This document shows, piece by piece, positions 48,395 to 62,300 of a stretch of DNA of 64,000 nt. The translations under genes were made by a program, and so were the position numbers. The notes under the pieces are model-generated. The model was not told the origin of the DNA. It did no database searches and saw only the letters and a program-made list of their open reading frames with translations. The number at the start of each line of letters is the position of its first letter. Position 1 is the stretch's first letter. Origin of the DNA: Phoronis australis (lineage: Eukaryota; Animalia; Phoronida); assembly GCA_002633005.1 (NCBI GenBank), contig NMRA01000171.1:664669-728668 (forward strand), given 5' to 3'.

Positions 48395-51300
48395 TCAATC
48401 GATAATTTCGCATTGGGGAACTTTTTTGATCAACCAGTAGGTTTTCATAATTCCCTTTCCCTGAAACAGACACAATAGAAAAGTTAATTGATTTCTAAAT
48501 AAAACACTCCACTTCGTCTATACTCTATAACGCGGGTGCTAAGTGTTATCAATGAGTGCAGAGGGTAACTAGTCAAGTATTTACACTGAAAAGACAATGA
48601 TAAATGCTACGTTCCGTTGCTAGACGTAAGACGCTGACCAAAAAGCAAGATCACGGAAGTCTTTGTGAGATAACGCCACGTATTAAAAGCGTCTACGGAA
48701 TGCAGGCTGTCGTACCTTAATCTCCACGTCACCGCGTAGCTCGGTGACGTAACCGCCCAAGTTCTGCAGAGCTTTGTTAGTCGGTTCACTCATTTGGATT
48801 CGCATTCCTATAACGAGGGATACCGGTTACAGAAATGCAATAAGTGCTTACATCAAAGATACTATAAAATCTTTGCTTACATTCAGAGCGACTAACACAA
48901 TTTTAATTGTTTGGTGAATTTCGAACATAGACAATGTAAAACATGGCTGAAAGAAAGGGGTGGAACGGATATCATTTCAATGTGTTTGTAACAGGTTTTT
49001 GGCAGTTTATCTTTTTCAGTTTGCAAAACACGTGTCGTGACATCTTTTTACGGATTTTACGTTTCTGTCTCCTTTTTTATCCTAGCGTCCGCTTTTTTGG
49101 CGCAGAACTAGAAACACCATTAAAAGTCCCATATCCGGAATGTGTGAACTAGGACTTATGTTCAGAACTTTCCGGAAAGTCTTGAACCTACCTTCGCCAG
49201 TCGATTCCATACGAGATGCCGTATTAATCGCATCCCCGAACAAACAATACTTGGGTCTTTTTAGTCCAATCACACCTGCCAGTAGAAAAATAATCATTAC
49301 GATAGTTATAAGGAGAAAAGAGTGTTTTCATGTTTGCATTCGAACCTAAAACCACCGCGGTCGCAATCAAGTGCTCTGCTGGAGGAGTTACGTAAACTCT
49401 ACTACAAATTCACCCACGCACCCACGCCGGACTAGGCTAATAATCTCATCCTAAAATTGCGTTTTTCCGTGGTAAAACTGAAGATGTTCCTTTAATCAAG
49501 AAACTATTAAAACAAGTCCACGTAGGACACGACGCTAATTGAACAGAAACCTACAGAGGGAGCCTGTTCGAATGATTCAACGGAATAAAAGGAAGAGGAA
49601 ATTAAATAATTGTAGAGGACATGGGAATTAAGATATAGGGAGCATAGAACAGTTCTCACAGGGGTTTGCCTATCAGAACACAAGTTAATGGACTTGTCAC
49701 CCTTTCTTCACTCTGTCAAAAACTGCATGCAAAGAATGAAAAGTTCTGGGTCATTTTCCATCACAAGCCCAACAGATGAGCACAGAAACTTCATTATCTC
49801 TTGTAGTTTTGACCCTTAGTTGCAGTCCTACAGATAAGCAAGGTAGACTAAGAAAAGGGGCAAAAACGCAAAATCGGCGCTTTTCACCCTAAAACACCAC
49901 TTCCTTGCCCACAGTCAACACTTGATTCTGAAAGCAAATTCCCACCAACTACAAAAATGGCGTCTAAACGTACTGTCAACCAACTAGTTTTTTTGCAAAT
50001 CTGGCTTATTTGAGGGTTACCTGAAATCGCAGACAATTTCTCAGTCGCTACCCAGCAAAGCACAATTGCAACAGCGGCGCCATCTTGAAGAAGAGTGTAG
50101 CCACAGCCGAGTAAGTGGTCGTTTGAATTCTCATCATGTTCACAAATACAAACAACCTACATTCACTTGGCCTACATGCAATACCTGACTAGAGAATGGC
50201 CCCAAGCCTGGCCTACCCCTAGATTTTAAAATTTTAGCAGTGCAAATTGTCCACGGCAGCAGTATAACAGTACAGGGCCATCACAATGACTTATGTCCTC
50301 CATATCTCTCTTGAAACCACTGTGTTTAGGGTTAAAGAAAGGTAATCTGGTGGATTTTACTCCTACCAAATATCAGGAGACCAACCGTCAAGAGACGCAG
50401 TGAGACCCTCCATGCGGTTAGGGAGATATATCGGGTGTAGTTTATACCCCTTTAAAGGAAGAGTTATGAAAAATATATGCACCCAAAGGAAAATCAAATT
50501 GAGCTTATGATCCGATCAGTGCTGGTTTCAGTTGTATTTGGTTCAAAAAGGGGGGGGGGGCAGTCAGTTCCCGTCGACTGAATTGAAGCCATCAAATTTT
50601 GGAAGGGCCGGCAAGCGTTTTTTACTCATGCATACTATGAATGCACCACAACAGTGAAATATTCGTAAATGATTTTGTTGGAGTAAGTAGCCTTTTGGAT
50701 AGCAAAACAAAAGGAGACAGCAATTTACTTATTTATCAATTTATTTCTACACCATCTCTTGTTTTTTGTACAAGTTATCAAATAATTAAAAAGCTATACC
50801 CGCGCAGCATGATCCAGTGTGTATGCCTATTCTCACTGTCAATCTCTCTTGGGGGCAGTGTCGTATAGTGAACGAGGGTACAGCATTTAGGATTTCCAAG
50901 GCCATGTTAGCTATCTGTTGCAAGTGGTCTTCAATGTCCTCTGGTACTCCGCTGGCAACCATGTAAGCATCACCAATCGTCTCGACTTAATAGAAAACAA
51001 GACTTCAATCAATTACTTCATAAAACAAAAATTCCAACCATTCACCCTGCCATCCCAGGACAAATATAATTAGTCGAATGCACACTGGTCTGGTCGTTGT
51101 TACGACAAAGTTGCGTTCTGTTGAGNATACAGGCCCAGTTCGACACCCAGTGAAGAGGACAGTTCGTCATCCAATGAACAGATCGGTGAGCCTAAGTTTG
51201 ATAAGTTTATTGTGGACTTGTATTGGAGCTATTTGGAAGGTGCCAGGTGTGTGGCGAGGGAGTCACACGGCGGGATGTAAGCAGTTTGAGTGCTTAGATC

Positions 51301-54300
51301 ACCCTTCAGTGGGAGTGTGTCGCGGGACACTCGGGCAAGTGGGACAGTTCTTCCTCTGTACGTGAGACGATAATGAGTAAACCCCAGTACGCAGCAACAG
51401 CGTGGCGTGTTGACTGACTCGTAAGCAAAAGCAAACAACGACCGAACTTATCACAACCGAGGTAGAGCAATGACTGAGTCGACTGCTCTCACAGTCAGAC
51501 TATATGAACAGAAATTGGCGCGAAATTCTTGCCTCCCAAAACGTCACTTCCGGAGTAGATGACGAGTAATTAATTAAATTACGAAAAGCAGTAAATAAGT
51601 GAAAAATATGTCTGGGATAATCAACGAATCTTATTTTTGCTAAAACTAACATGAAAAAGGTTGCCTTCGCCTTTAAAACTTCCGTATGTTTACTTCGTGT
51701 TGGAATCCAAGCGCGTTTCATGTGTGCTGACTGCTGTGGTAGCAAATGCACTGATTTTACGAATTGAACGGCACAATTGTGAACCAAAGTTATTAAATCT
51801 AGTTAGTTTGTAAGTCAACACAAACTTTGAAACGATCTTTGGGAGAATTTTTGTCTGACTTTTATGCTCGTAGTGGCGACATAGTAACGTCACTTGGTAT
51901 TTTTCCCAGGTTGCCAAACGCAATCTGAGGTCACCTGTAGGTCGTCAAATGGAGCACTATAAGTAATGATTTCTCGCTGCACATGGCTCACGAGTGTCCT
52001 ACTCAACGGAACGCAGTCCACATGGGCTAAAACAAAATTAGCCGTGCTACGAATTTGAACATTGTTTCGTGCGCGAGTCCAAATTACTCAATAAGCGCGT
52101 AAGTCCGCGACGGATGCAAACCAAGGGACATCGCAAGAGCAGAAGGAGGGTGTCAAGTACAGAGCCGGAGTCATTGGGTCTTCAGAATAATTCAATGGCT
52201 GCAGGTATAAGCGAGCGAGACATTTTTTGCCAAGATTAAACTTTCACCTCTCGTACCCGACTCGTTGTTAGTTAACTAACACGTTTTAACAGAAGCCTTC
52301 GCATCAATGTGAAACAGGCCTCTGATATGTTGAATTCTGAGCCATAGAACTTCCCCCAGTTCTGGAAATGAACCAAAATAAACAGTAACCGTTGCATTTG
52401 ATTCATTTTACGTTCAGCGGTGTCATCTGATTGGTCTGTAAGCCGGAAGTCGTCATCGAGAAGTAAATCAAGTGCAGCCGGTGCCCTTCGACGATAATAT
52501 GTCTCGTGCGCTAACGCCGACTTGTTATGTCTCTGGGTACAATAGGAATGTGAAAGATCCTATTCTGAGTATTTGTTGATTGTAGCATGATAATGTACAT
52601 GTTGAGACGTCGTAAAAAACAGCGACTTCAAAGTCATGCTATGACTTAAAAATTGAAAAACAGCAAGTCAAAATTAAAACTCATCTTGTACACGTTATAG
52701 TTGTTGATAATATCATCAAACATGGTATACAAGTCGTTCAGGAAGTTGACAATCTGAAGAGGCGTCGAGCTGGAGGAGATACGGGTGAAGCCGACGATGT
52801 CACTGAAGAAGACTGTGACACGTGAGTGATATCGTGGTTCAACCTGCTGCCCGACTTTCAGACAATCGGCTATAGATCTGCAAATGCAAAATAATTCAAT
52901 TGAAAAGTTTGATGCAAACTCGCTATGCTCACGTCTTTTAAGCGCTGTGTAAGTATAGGTCAAGTTGCATATAGATGGTGTAGTCTAGCAAGGTCCAAGA
53001 AGAATATATATATATATATATGGTATATTTCGAAACTCGCCATGTCTAGCCTTCACGAAGAAATAAAACGAAACCTTTTTGGTTCATATTTTACACAAAT
53101 TTGACATATGTATTCCAAATGATCTAGTCAAAGGTTCCATGTAATGTATGGGTAACTCACCCATACTAAAAAGCCAGCACCAGTAAATAGTAACAATTAT
53201 AGTGTTTGCGTGAACACGTTGTGCTAAAGGTTATGTAGGACTCCAGAAAAAATCCAAATTGGTCTAAATTTGGAACATTATATCGCAGAAAATGGCTAAT
53301 CAAATGAAACTTTCAGATACTACCGTTATGCAGTGTTCTCTCCTGATAGGAATTGTGTTTAAATTGTTCCGCTTTTGCATGAAGGGCTATTAAAATATGA
53401 TCTCATTAGCTCAAAAGTCAAATAAATGAAAAAGAAATCATATGTTAGGAAACTGCAACAGCTTTTTAATATCTGATCTTGAGCATCTTTATCAAATTTT
53501 AAAAATTTAGCCATGTTATTTATACCGTTATGGTGCTACCAATATACCTTTGTTTTTGTTAAATTTCACTAAAAGACATGGCCACTTGCTCAATGGATAG
53601 AAGACTGGCAAAAATAAAAGAAATCTAATTTTAAATGCTCAATCTACTTTCTAATAATATATACATTTACTCAGTTAAAATCCATAGTTTTAATGTGTTG
53701 CCTACTGCTTTTGTTACTTTTCTCCTAAAACGAGGGTGAGATGTTTTGATTCATCAAGAAGAAACAATTCAACAAGGATTACAATGTTGCTGTGTTTAAT
53801 AACCCACCTTTCAACCGGAGGTGTGATAACGATAGCCAACAATTATCTTGTCCTAAGAGCTGTGTCCGAAAATCTAATTTTATTAAGGACTACTAAATCT
53901 CATTTTAGCTGATTTATAATCGTGATAGAAAAACCATTTGACGTTAGCAAGTGAGCAGGGACAAGTTCCAAGAAAACTGACTTAGTTAAAGCAATTCGTA
54001 AATTTAAACAAATTTAAAGATAAATTTCAACTTCTCTGAAGTCCGTTCGAAGAAAATGATCACAAGTTCGACTTAAGGTTTGTCTTCCGTTCGACTAACT
54101 TAGCGGACGTGGAAGTTTCAAAGTTTGGAAGTCGAGACAAAGCTTAGACTTAAGTGAAAAATTAACTTAAGTCAGTTTCTTGAAACGTGCCCATGATCTT
54201 TAGCAACATTCTGTACTTACTGCGGCAACATTTCGTATAGTAACGTTTCTGTTTTTCTTTTCTCCATAAATAGCTCGTTCGTGCGTTGTTCAACCAACTT

Positions 54301-56340
54301 TTCCAGGTTGTTCGCATATTTTTCCAGTAGTTCGATCATGTTCTCCACGATATTTCTCCTAAAATAAAACCAAAAATGAACACCTATTTAATAAAACATT
54401 AAAGCCCTTAACACGTATAACGAGGGATATTACTGTGCAGCTACGCACAGCGTGAGCGTACGTGTGCGAGTACGGGGCTACTACGCGAACTATCAAGAAT
54501 GACTCGAGTCACCGTCCAATAAAATGCTCCCTTAGTCGAACATCCTCTACAATAACGCCCTATTACTCCGCGTTCAAAACAGACTAGTCTTACTTTGGGG
54601 AAGAATGAATGAACCAAACTTTGGTTGCCGACAGTGGGCTACTCCAGGACTCTGCTTCATGGCTTTTACATGTAAGTCACTTTTCATGAAAAAAAACCTT
54701 TAGGAATGAGTCCAAACAACTATTTCTGAAAAACAATTAACTCTCGCTTGAGCAAAATTGCAAAGTCCCTGAAAATATACATATAACTGTTTGTTACAGA
54801 AATTATTCACATTAATTATTTCTAGACTGTGACGCGCTCATATTTACGTCATCAGCAATTATGAAGTAGAAGTGCAAGACCAAATTTCTGTCTTTAGTCT
54901 TAATTAACTTTAGTCTTAATTAACTTTAGTCTTAATTAACTTTAGTCTTAATTAACTTTTCATGAAACGGACCCCTGCAATTAACACAAAGTATTAGCAA
55001 CATGCAATATGAATAAAGGAATGAATAAATAATTCAATACACAAATTATTATTGTTACCTTCCCTGGTTGATTTTCTTTATAGTACCACTTATAACGGCA
55101 AAGGTTGGTCTGGTCTGGGGGTACTCCCGCCAACACAGTTTCATCAGTTCGATGACTTCCATGTAGTTTTCGTTCTTCACCTTCACTTCTGAGTTGACGC
55201 GAGTGCTGGGGCGGAAACCCTCGTTACGAATTCGCCGCATGGTTTCTAATGAGAAATAACCACAACGCTGATGATGCTGATACGTGACCAATGATAATAA
55301 TAGTGATGATTATATTGATATTAATGAAGATAATAATGATGGGATACCGATAATAATATTAGCACCCGTTCATGAAACTAGGCCCGACAAGTAGCAGCGT
55401 GTTGCCGCCAAGTGTGCTCTCTAGACTTTTTCATTTTAATGATCAGTTGTTAGGTACGGTGACCCGCAATTTTTTTTTAATTGCTTCGCAAATAAATTAC
55501 GGTACATATTTAGCCCAGAAAGCAATCCTTTATATTTAGGATTTTAAAGATGCATAGTCTCATTAAATTGTGAATATGCAAATGAAGTAGTAATTTACAA
55601 ACAACCGCGGGTCTCCCAGTCAGCCGGAAACCACCCACGAGCCAGTTACTATTACAATCTCGCGAGACTATTTTTATGTAAATAAGTATGGCGGACGAAC
55701 ACCGGATGTCGTCCACCGACAACTGAGGTCTGGCTACTCCGCCGACACTTCTCATGGTGACCACAACGAAAGCATTCGTTCAATAATTCCATTTTGCCGT
55801 CACCTTGCACAGTCTTCGACATCATGCCATTTGCGTCTCTGTTATTGCAAATTCGATGTATTTGCACACCCAGTCCTTCTTTATTCAGCCCATTCAACAA
55901 CAGTGCAACGACTTGTCAAATAGTCTAAAGAAGGCTGACGGTTATGATGACGTCAGACACAAACTCATCAGTTACCTGTGGATGTGGTCATCATACACTG
56001 TAGCTGTCCCTCCCTTCGTTTTCAGTCATTTCGTTGTATATACCATACAAAAGTTTTAATTTATTTTTAATTCAGTTTGTAAATTCAATCTGTAAATATT
56101 CATTTTAATTTAATGTAACTTAATTTAATCTATCTTAGTTTATTTAATTTATTCTTTTTGCTGTGAGAAGACCATGCTGTATATTAGCCTTTGGCTAAAG
56201 AATGTTTTAATATCTATTATATTTTATCCTCTATGAATAAAGATTTATTACTATTATTATTATTATTTATTGTTATTATTATTATTCATTATTATTATTT
56301 ATTATTATTTATTATTATTATTTATTATTATTATTTATTA

Positions 56341-56391
<51 letters not shown>

Positions 56392-59300
56392 CTTCTCGTC
56401 CACATTTGTTAGGATGACACCGAAATCCCTGGGAAACTCCCACAGAATTGTCCTTACCTAATAAAACAAGGCACAGTTTTTATTATTTGTTTATTTCAAT
56501 ATCAAATAACGATTGCCTAATATATGGAATTTCCAGGGTTTTTATATGTTCATACTTGTTTTTATTTATTTATTTACAAATTGTTTCTTTTCCTGATTGT
56601 ACTTGTACATACGATCTGCAGAAAGTCACTAGGTGGCGCTTGCTACAAATTTAAATATTCAGTTTTAATGAGACATAGCATCTTTTACTATAAAATAATG
56701 ACTTACTAAGTGTAACACATTAATGAGCAAAAACACCATAAGTAAAGAAAACAAAAAATAAGAACAAAATCACACGGTAATAAAGGAGAACACGTTCAGA
56801 AAACATTATACAAAAACATAAACTAAGCAAAACAAAAAGCTCAGGGTAGATATTAATACAGTTGCCTATCATGACATTTAAAAATACAATCACAAAGATT
56901 TATAAGTAATAGAACATCACAGTAGTGGTTCAAATTGCGACAACCATATAATAAGAAAACTAGTTTTTCAAGCCTATTACTAAGATTTTGAAAATATAAC
57001 CAGATATGATCGTTGGATTGCAGGTTGCGAAAGAGCTGTTCACGCTCAGCGTTATAGACAGGGCATGAGAGCAAGTCGTGGGCATCACTATTAATTGTCC
57101 GACATTGTATTTGACATTTTAGTTAAATTACTTTTTTATTTTTCGTGTTTCGCCTGGGTGGAAATAATTTACTCCTAGGTGAGAATGAATTCATCTAAGT
57201 GGAGATATTTTCTACCCGGGTGTAAACATTTTCAAGCTGGGTGGAAATATTTTGAACCTATGTGGAAATAATTTCAACATTTTCAACCCCAGCGGAAATG
57301 ATATACACCTATGTTCATATGATTTCCACCACATCCACGTGAAAATTATTTCCACATGGGTTGAAATTATTTCCTCCCGGGATGAAATTATTTATAGCAG
57401 GGTGGAAAATATTTACGCGTAGGTGAAATCATTCTCATCTGTGTGTTAATTATTTACACCTAGGTGAAAAAAGAAAACAAAAAAGTAATTTACCTAAAAT
57501 GGTGATATTTTCGGACCACTGATAGTTTATCAGTAACTTTCATTTCTTGTCGTATAATGATCATATTTGATGAAATTGACTTATTTCTTTCATTTTCCCA
57601 CAGAACCCCATTTTAAAATCCCAAAAAAGAATTTGGAAACCTGTCACGAAGAAGCCCGCGAATAGCATCTAAAATTTCGATGTTTTTGCAAACACGATAT
57701 GTACGCTGATTCTGACCCGGAAGTCTTTGTCAGATCCCGAGATGTGCAGTCTGACTTTTAACCAAAACAACTACCTCACCGTGGCGATGTGGGTAACACA
57801 GCGATTGGTTACGTGACATTGGTAATGTTTTATAAGCATCGCTTAAAAACAACGATTGCTTACGTTTCATAAGTTCATTAATTAATTGATTTGAACGTAT
57901 AGAATTAATGTGTTCCGTGACAAGGCAACGGAAAGTAGAAAACCTAAAATAGGCAGAAAATAAGCAGACTGAAGTCATTGCCTGCCTACCTTACTGGACG
58001 TGATGTCTGAGCAATGAGCTCAATTTAGCTCAATGCTTTAAGTAATCACGACTTTCAAAAACACACACCGGAGTTTTCCGATCAAGCGCCCATCACCCAT
58101 GTGAACGTTTCGGAGATGGGCATTTTGTTCTGAACAAAAAAACGACGGGTGGTGTTTAGAGCACATTCCCTCAAATTGCATGTTATCACATATACCTTTT
58201 CATTTTGCGACCCCTGAAATGACCGTTTTCCGTTTTGTGCAAAAGTTGGCTGGCATCTTAGGTCGACAAATGACGCTTAATTTGTTTAATGCACCCACGC
58301 AACCAACACAGTTAAATCGTTTTGGCATTTCTACCTCGTGACTGAGTATGGACGTTTGTGAAGCATCACGCAAGATCCAATTCCTTTTCGTTCAAAACAT
58401 GACTTATAATCTGCGTTTGCAAACTACATCCCACTCACCCCTGATCACACACAGACAGCGCATTACCATATTCTTTGTGTATCCAACACAATAAACCTAT
58501 TTGTTACTAATGACTTGGGTAAAGCATCTCACCTATGGTATTCTTGGTGTAGCAAGGTCTGTAAACACTATTCTCATGGCATGGAATGGCGAAAGGATTC
58601 TACTGTGCTCTACTGTCTTATTAACTATTAGAAATGACATTTGGTTAAGTTTCACAATCTAGGGTTTGCCCAACATAAGGTAGCCATCCTCTTTTGAAGT
58701 GGTGGAAACCTCGAACTGCCGAATCATGATGCGATTTTCAAAATCTAACATTCTCAAAGGAAACTCTTTTAAGTGTTGATCGAGGTAACATGAACAAGCC
58801 TTTTATATACTTACAACACGCTAATCAACCGCCATGTACTTACCACAGTGAAATTTGTCAATTTCACAGATGTTAGGTTGCGTCAACATCACAGCAAAAT
58901 CAAGATTCCGAAAAGTGCGTTGGGATTAGCGTCATCTCGGAAACAAAAAGACTAACAAGCACTTTATCGGAAATGCCCGGTGAGGTATATACCTTCTGCG
59001 GGTCCGCTGTCGCCAAAGACTCCCTCTCTGAAGACGATCTCATGAAGAATAATCCCGAAGCTGTACACGTCTCCAGCCTGAGACCCCCTTTCAGGCTTTT
59101 CTGTGCGAAAAAATTCCGGAGCAGTCCACAACTGGTCTGAAAATAAAAGTTTTGAGTTCTGGGCACAAATAACCCGACATTGAGAAAAACAACGCGTGAA
59201 CAATCTTCACCAGTCAATTAGGAGCATCCGCTTAACCTATGGTGTGAAACAAACAGAAATAAAATAACGAGGGTTAACGAAAGTGAGAGGTGTAGCATCT

Positions 59301-62300
59301 AGTATAGACATCTTCCAGATAAAGAAAACCATATTTTTCTATATTGAGGAAAATGGCACCTATGATAGTGTACGCATTACAGTGTCGCACGTGCTGGGCA
59401 ATATTATAGCCAAGCTGGATGAGAGAAGACACACAGTACATAACCACAAAATGTTATCGTGCCATACTTCGGTGAAAACGTTCACCATTGCCATCAGTTC
59501 AAAATGTGGCGATTGGAGCGTTTTGTTTGATTTATTTAAACACTAAAGTATTATTCACCACAAGATCAAAATCGGCAAAGCGCATTTTTATTGTTTTGCA
59601 AAACGTTATATTTGTCTCATGCGACGCTGACTACAATCTTTCAAAGAGCCACCGTCCGAGAGGAGTAGCGAGAACGGAAACGATTCAAAAGGCGCACAAT
59701 TTCACGTGTGAGCGTCAGCCTAGTGCACATGTCCTGGTTTGCACGTTTGTCCCAAAACAAATGATCTGGGAAAGAGCAGTAAACGTATATTGTTTTACTT
59801 GAATTAGTCACAAAACACAAACTTGTGAAGAATGCTTCGATTTAATACGTCGTTATTGTACTAAGATATCCGATTACTATAACGTCCAACAAAAGCTCAC
59901 TTAAAATGCTTAAGGAATCTAAGCCTGATTTTTTGTCGCCATTGAAGCTTGGTTGATGCAATTTCCGGATTTTAGTCGAAGTGCGCGCACCAATGAAAAG
60001 AAATTTTTTATCAGAGACAATGGCTATGCATTTGACCAAAATACTTTTTTTTTCTTTCGAAATTTTAATAAAAATATCGAAGTGTCTGATCGACAGTCAT
60101 CAAAAACGCTGGCTTTCGGTTGACGGTAAAAATAGTCTAATCAGACGTTATTCAAGTCACCTTTTGGCAAAAAAGGTTCCTTAACAATTTGAACGTGACC
60201 CGATCCCGTCCCAGTTTTTTTTTGACCAAGCTACTACGTAAGTAGAACAGCAAGTGAACGGGGAAACAAACCACCTAGCCTTTTACCACTAAAAACAATA
60301 CGATCACCGACACCTTTTGAGTAGTTTTCTAATGTCTCATTTCAAATTGAAACAGTTAGTTGACTTTATAAAAACAGAGTGCGACCGGATAGCTACTGTT
60401 TCATCAGGGTCAATTTGCTCGTGGTATTGTGATATTAAAACACGCTATGGGACCAAACATAAAGTCTACTCCAAAGGTGGTGTTGAAATTAACTTGAAGT
60501 AAGCATAATAAACTTGAAAGGCGGGAACTGGAACGCCTGCGCTACATGACAGCCGACGATATCGATTTTTGAACGCGAGCGTAGCTCAGCTGCCCCAAAG
60601 AACTAGAAAAGTGTGCGACTGTCGAGTGCGCTTGAATGGACCGCTCGTACAACATATCTATGAGGTATTTAATGACAAATACCGTAAATGTCCGTGTACG
60701 ATAGAGCGCTTACAACAGATTATTTGTTAATTTCACATCTATTGGCGTTTATTGGAGATCCGGCGTTTATTATCTATCAGACCAGAAAAATCACCGTTGC
60801 TAATCGTTCGCTCCAAGGTCGTGATAAGTTGCTACATGTATCTCACGCATATCACATGATTTATAAAATATTATACGTGTATGTGCTCCACTTTTGGCAC
60901 TCGTTGTTTCGTTGTTATGTATATAGCATGCAAACCGGCGTACATTAGAGACCGGTTTCTACGTTTATTAATTTCAGGGTACCAAATTGAATTGCTTCTA
61001 TTGGGAACCCGATTTATTACTTGGCGGAATTCTTCGAATTCCGACAAGTATGTTGCTCTGTCGTCATTTTTTTTTGTTCGCACTCTACAGGTCGCAATTT
61101 TCGTCTTATTTTCACGAAATTTGCACACAACGTGTAGATCAGAAAGTCCTGGAAGCCTATTGTTTTTGGTCATGATCAAATACAAAATGGCGGACGTGGC
61201 GGCCATTTTGTATCCGATTTCACAGTCAAATGCTCGTAGAGGCCGCATTTTTCAACGTACATGGCTGAAATTCGGTACGATTATAGTAAAACGCATGTGC
61301 TACAAGTGTGCAGAAAATCTTTGACTTCCGGTCAAAGATGGCGGAAATATTGGAAGTGGCGCATGCGCACCCCGAAATATGGCCAAAAACGTTTTCTCAT
61401 GTAGAGGGCGCATTTGCGAACCAATCACTTTCAAACTGCTCACGTGTTTGTTGAGTTTAATAAGCTTTTATAAAAGTTTATTGAACCGGAAGTCACTTTC
61501 AAGATGGCGGCTGTGGCGCATGTTCATATTAGAATGTTAGAGGTACAAGTCGGCGGGTGCAGTTAGATTCCAGAAATCAAATAAAAATGCAACGCCCTGG
61601 AACAAATTTTTCCGAAAATATGACCAATCATACCTTTTTCTGCCGACCAACATTGACCACAGGCGAACACGTTTTTGGTCTTTGTTGTTGGAGAGGACTT
61701 ATGACAAAGTTTCGCCCGGGTACAGGGGTAGGAGAATTTCATGTCAGGTGGGCACCACTTCCCCGTATATTTACATTAGATGCTCCCCAGCCTAAATTTT
61801 ACTCAAGTCGGGGGGGGGGGGCAATTGCCTCTAACCCCTACCTAATAGACCTACGAGTCCGTGGTGACTATAAACATTCCGAAATTAGCTAAATGTTGGC
61901 TGTCTAAATCAAATCCAAGGATTTGTACAATATGCTGTTAAGTCCATGCAAAAACCATTCCACGAAAAGACATGAATTAATAATAAAACAAACAGCTCCA
62001 TCACCCATCATCCAATCGCATATTTAAGATGTCACACGGAGGGGGGGGGTGCAATTTAAACTTTTGAACACAAATGTTCGCGTGAATTCTAAAAAATAAC
62101 ATGTCGTAGGCGTTTTGTTCTTCGTTCTTTTCGGGATCAAGTAGGTTGGGCCGGGCCTCCTGTGAATTCAAACATGATCTTCGTCAAATTGGTGCGTTTA
62201 CCTGAAGAAAGTTAAATTTACTGCTCTCCAGAAAACACCAAAAACAGCTCAAATCCACCAGATGAAAGTCAATAAGTGCATAATGTTACTTCTTGGTGAA

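Noticed and set aside
52670-52684. U12 (minor spliceosome) assignment for the AT-starting intron
   Set aside because: The donor is ATGAGT, not ATATCCTT, and there is no TCCTTAAC branch near the acceptor; the flanks fit U2.
56191-56461. Poly-I/L/Y ORFs, likewise 62718-62957 and 44264-44494
   Set aside because: They are translations of microsatellites.
60871-61324. Overlapping 125-147 aa ORFs in a cyclase intron
   Set aside because: They lie in repeat-like sequence with AAAATGGCGG/GCCATTTT palindromes typical of non-autonomous TEs; no recognisable domain.
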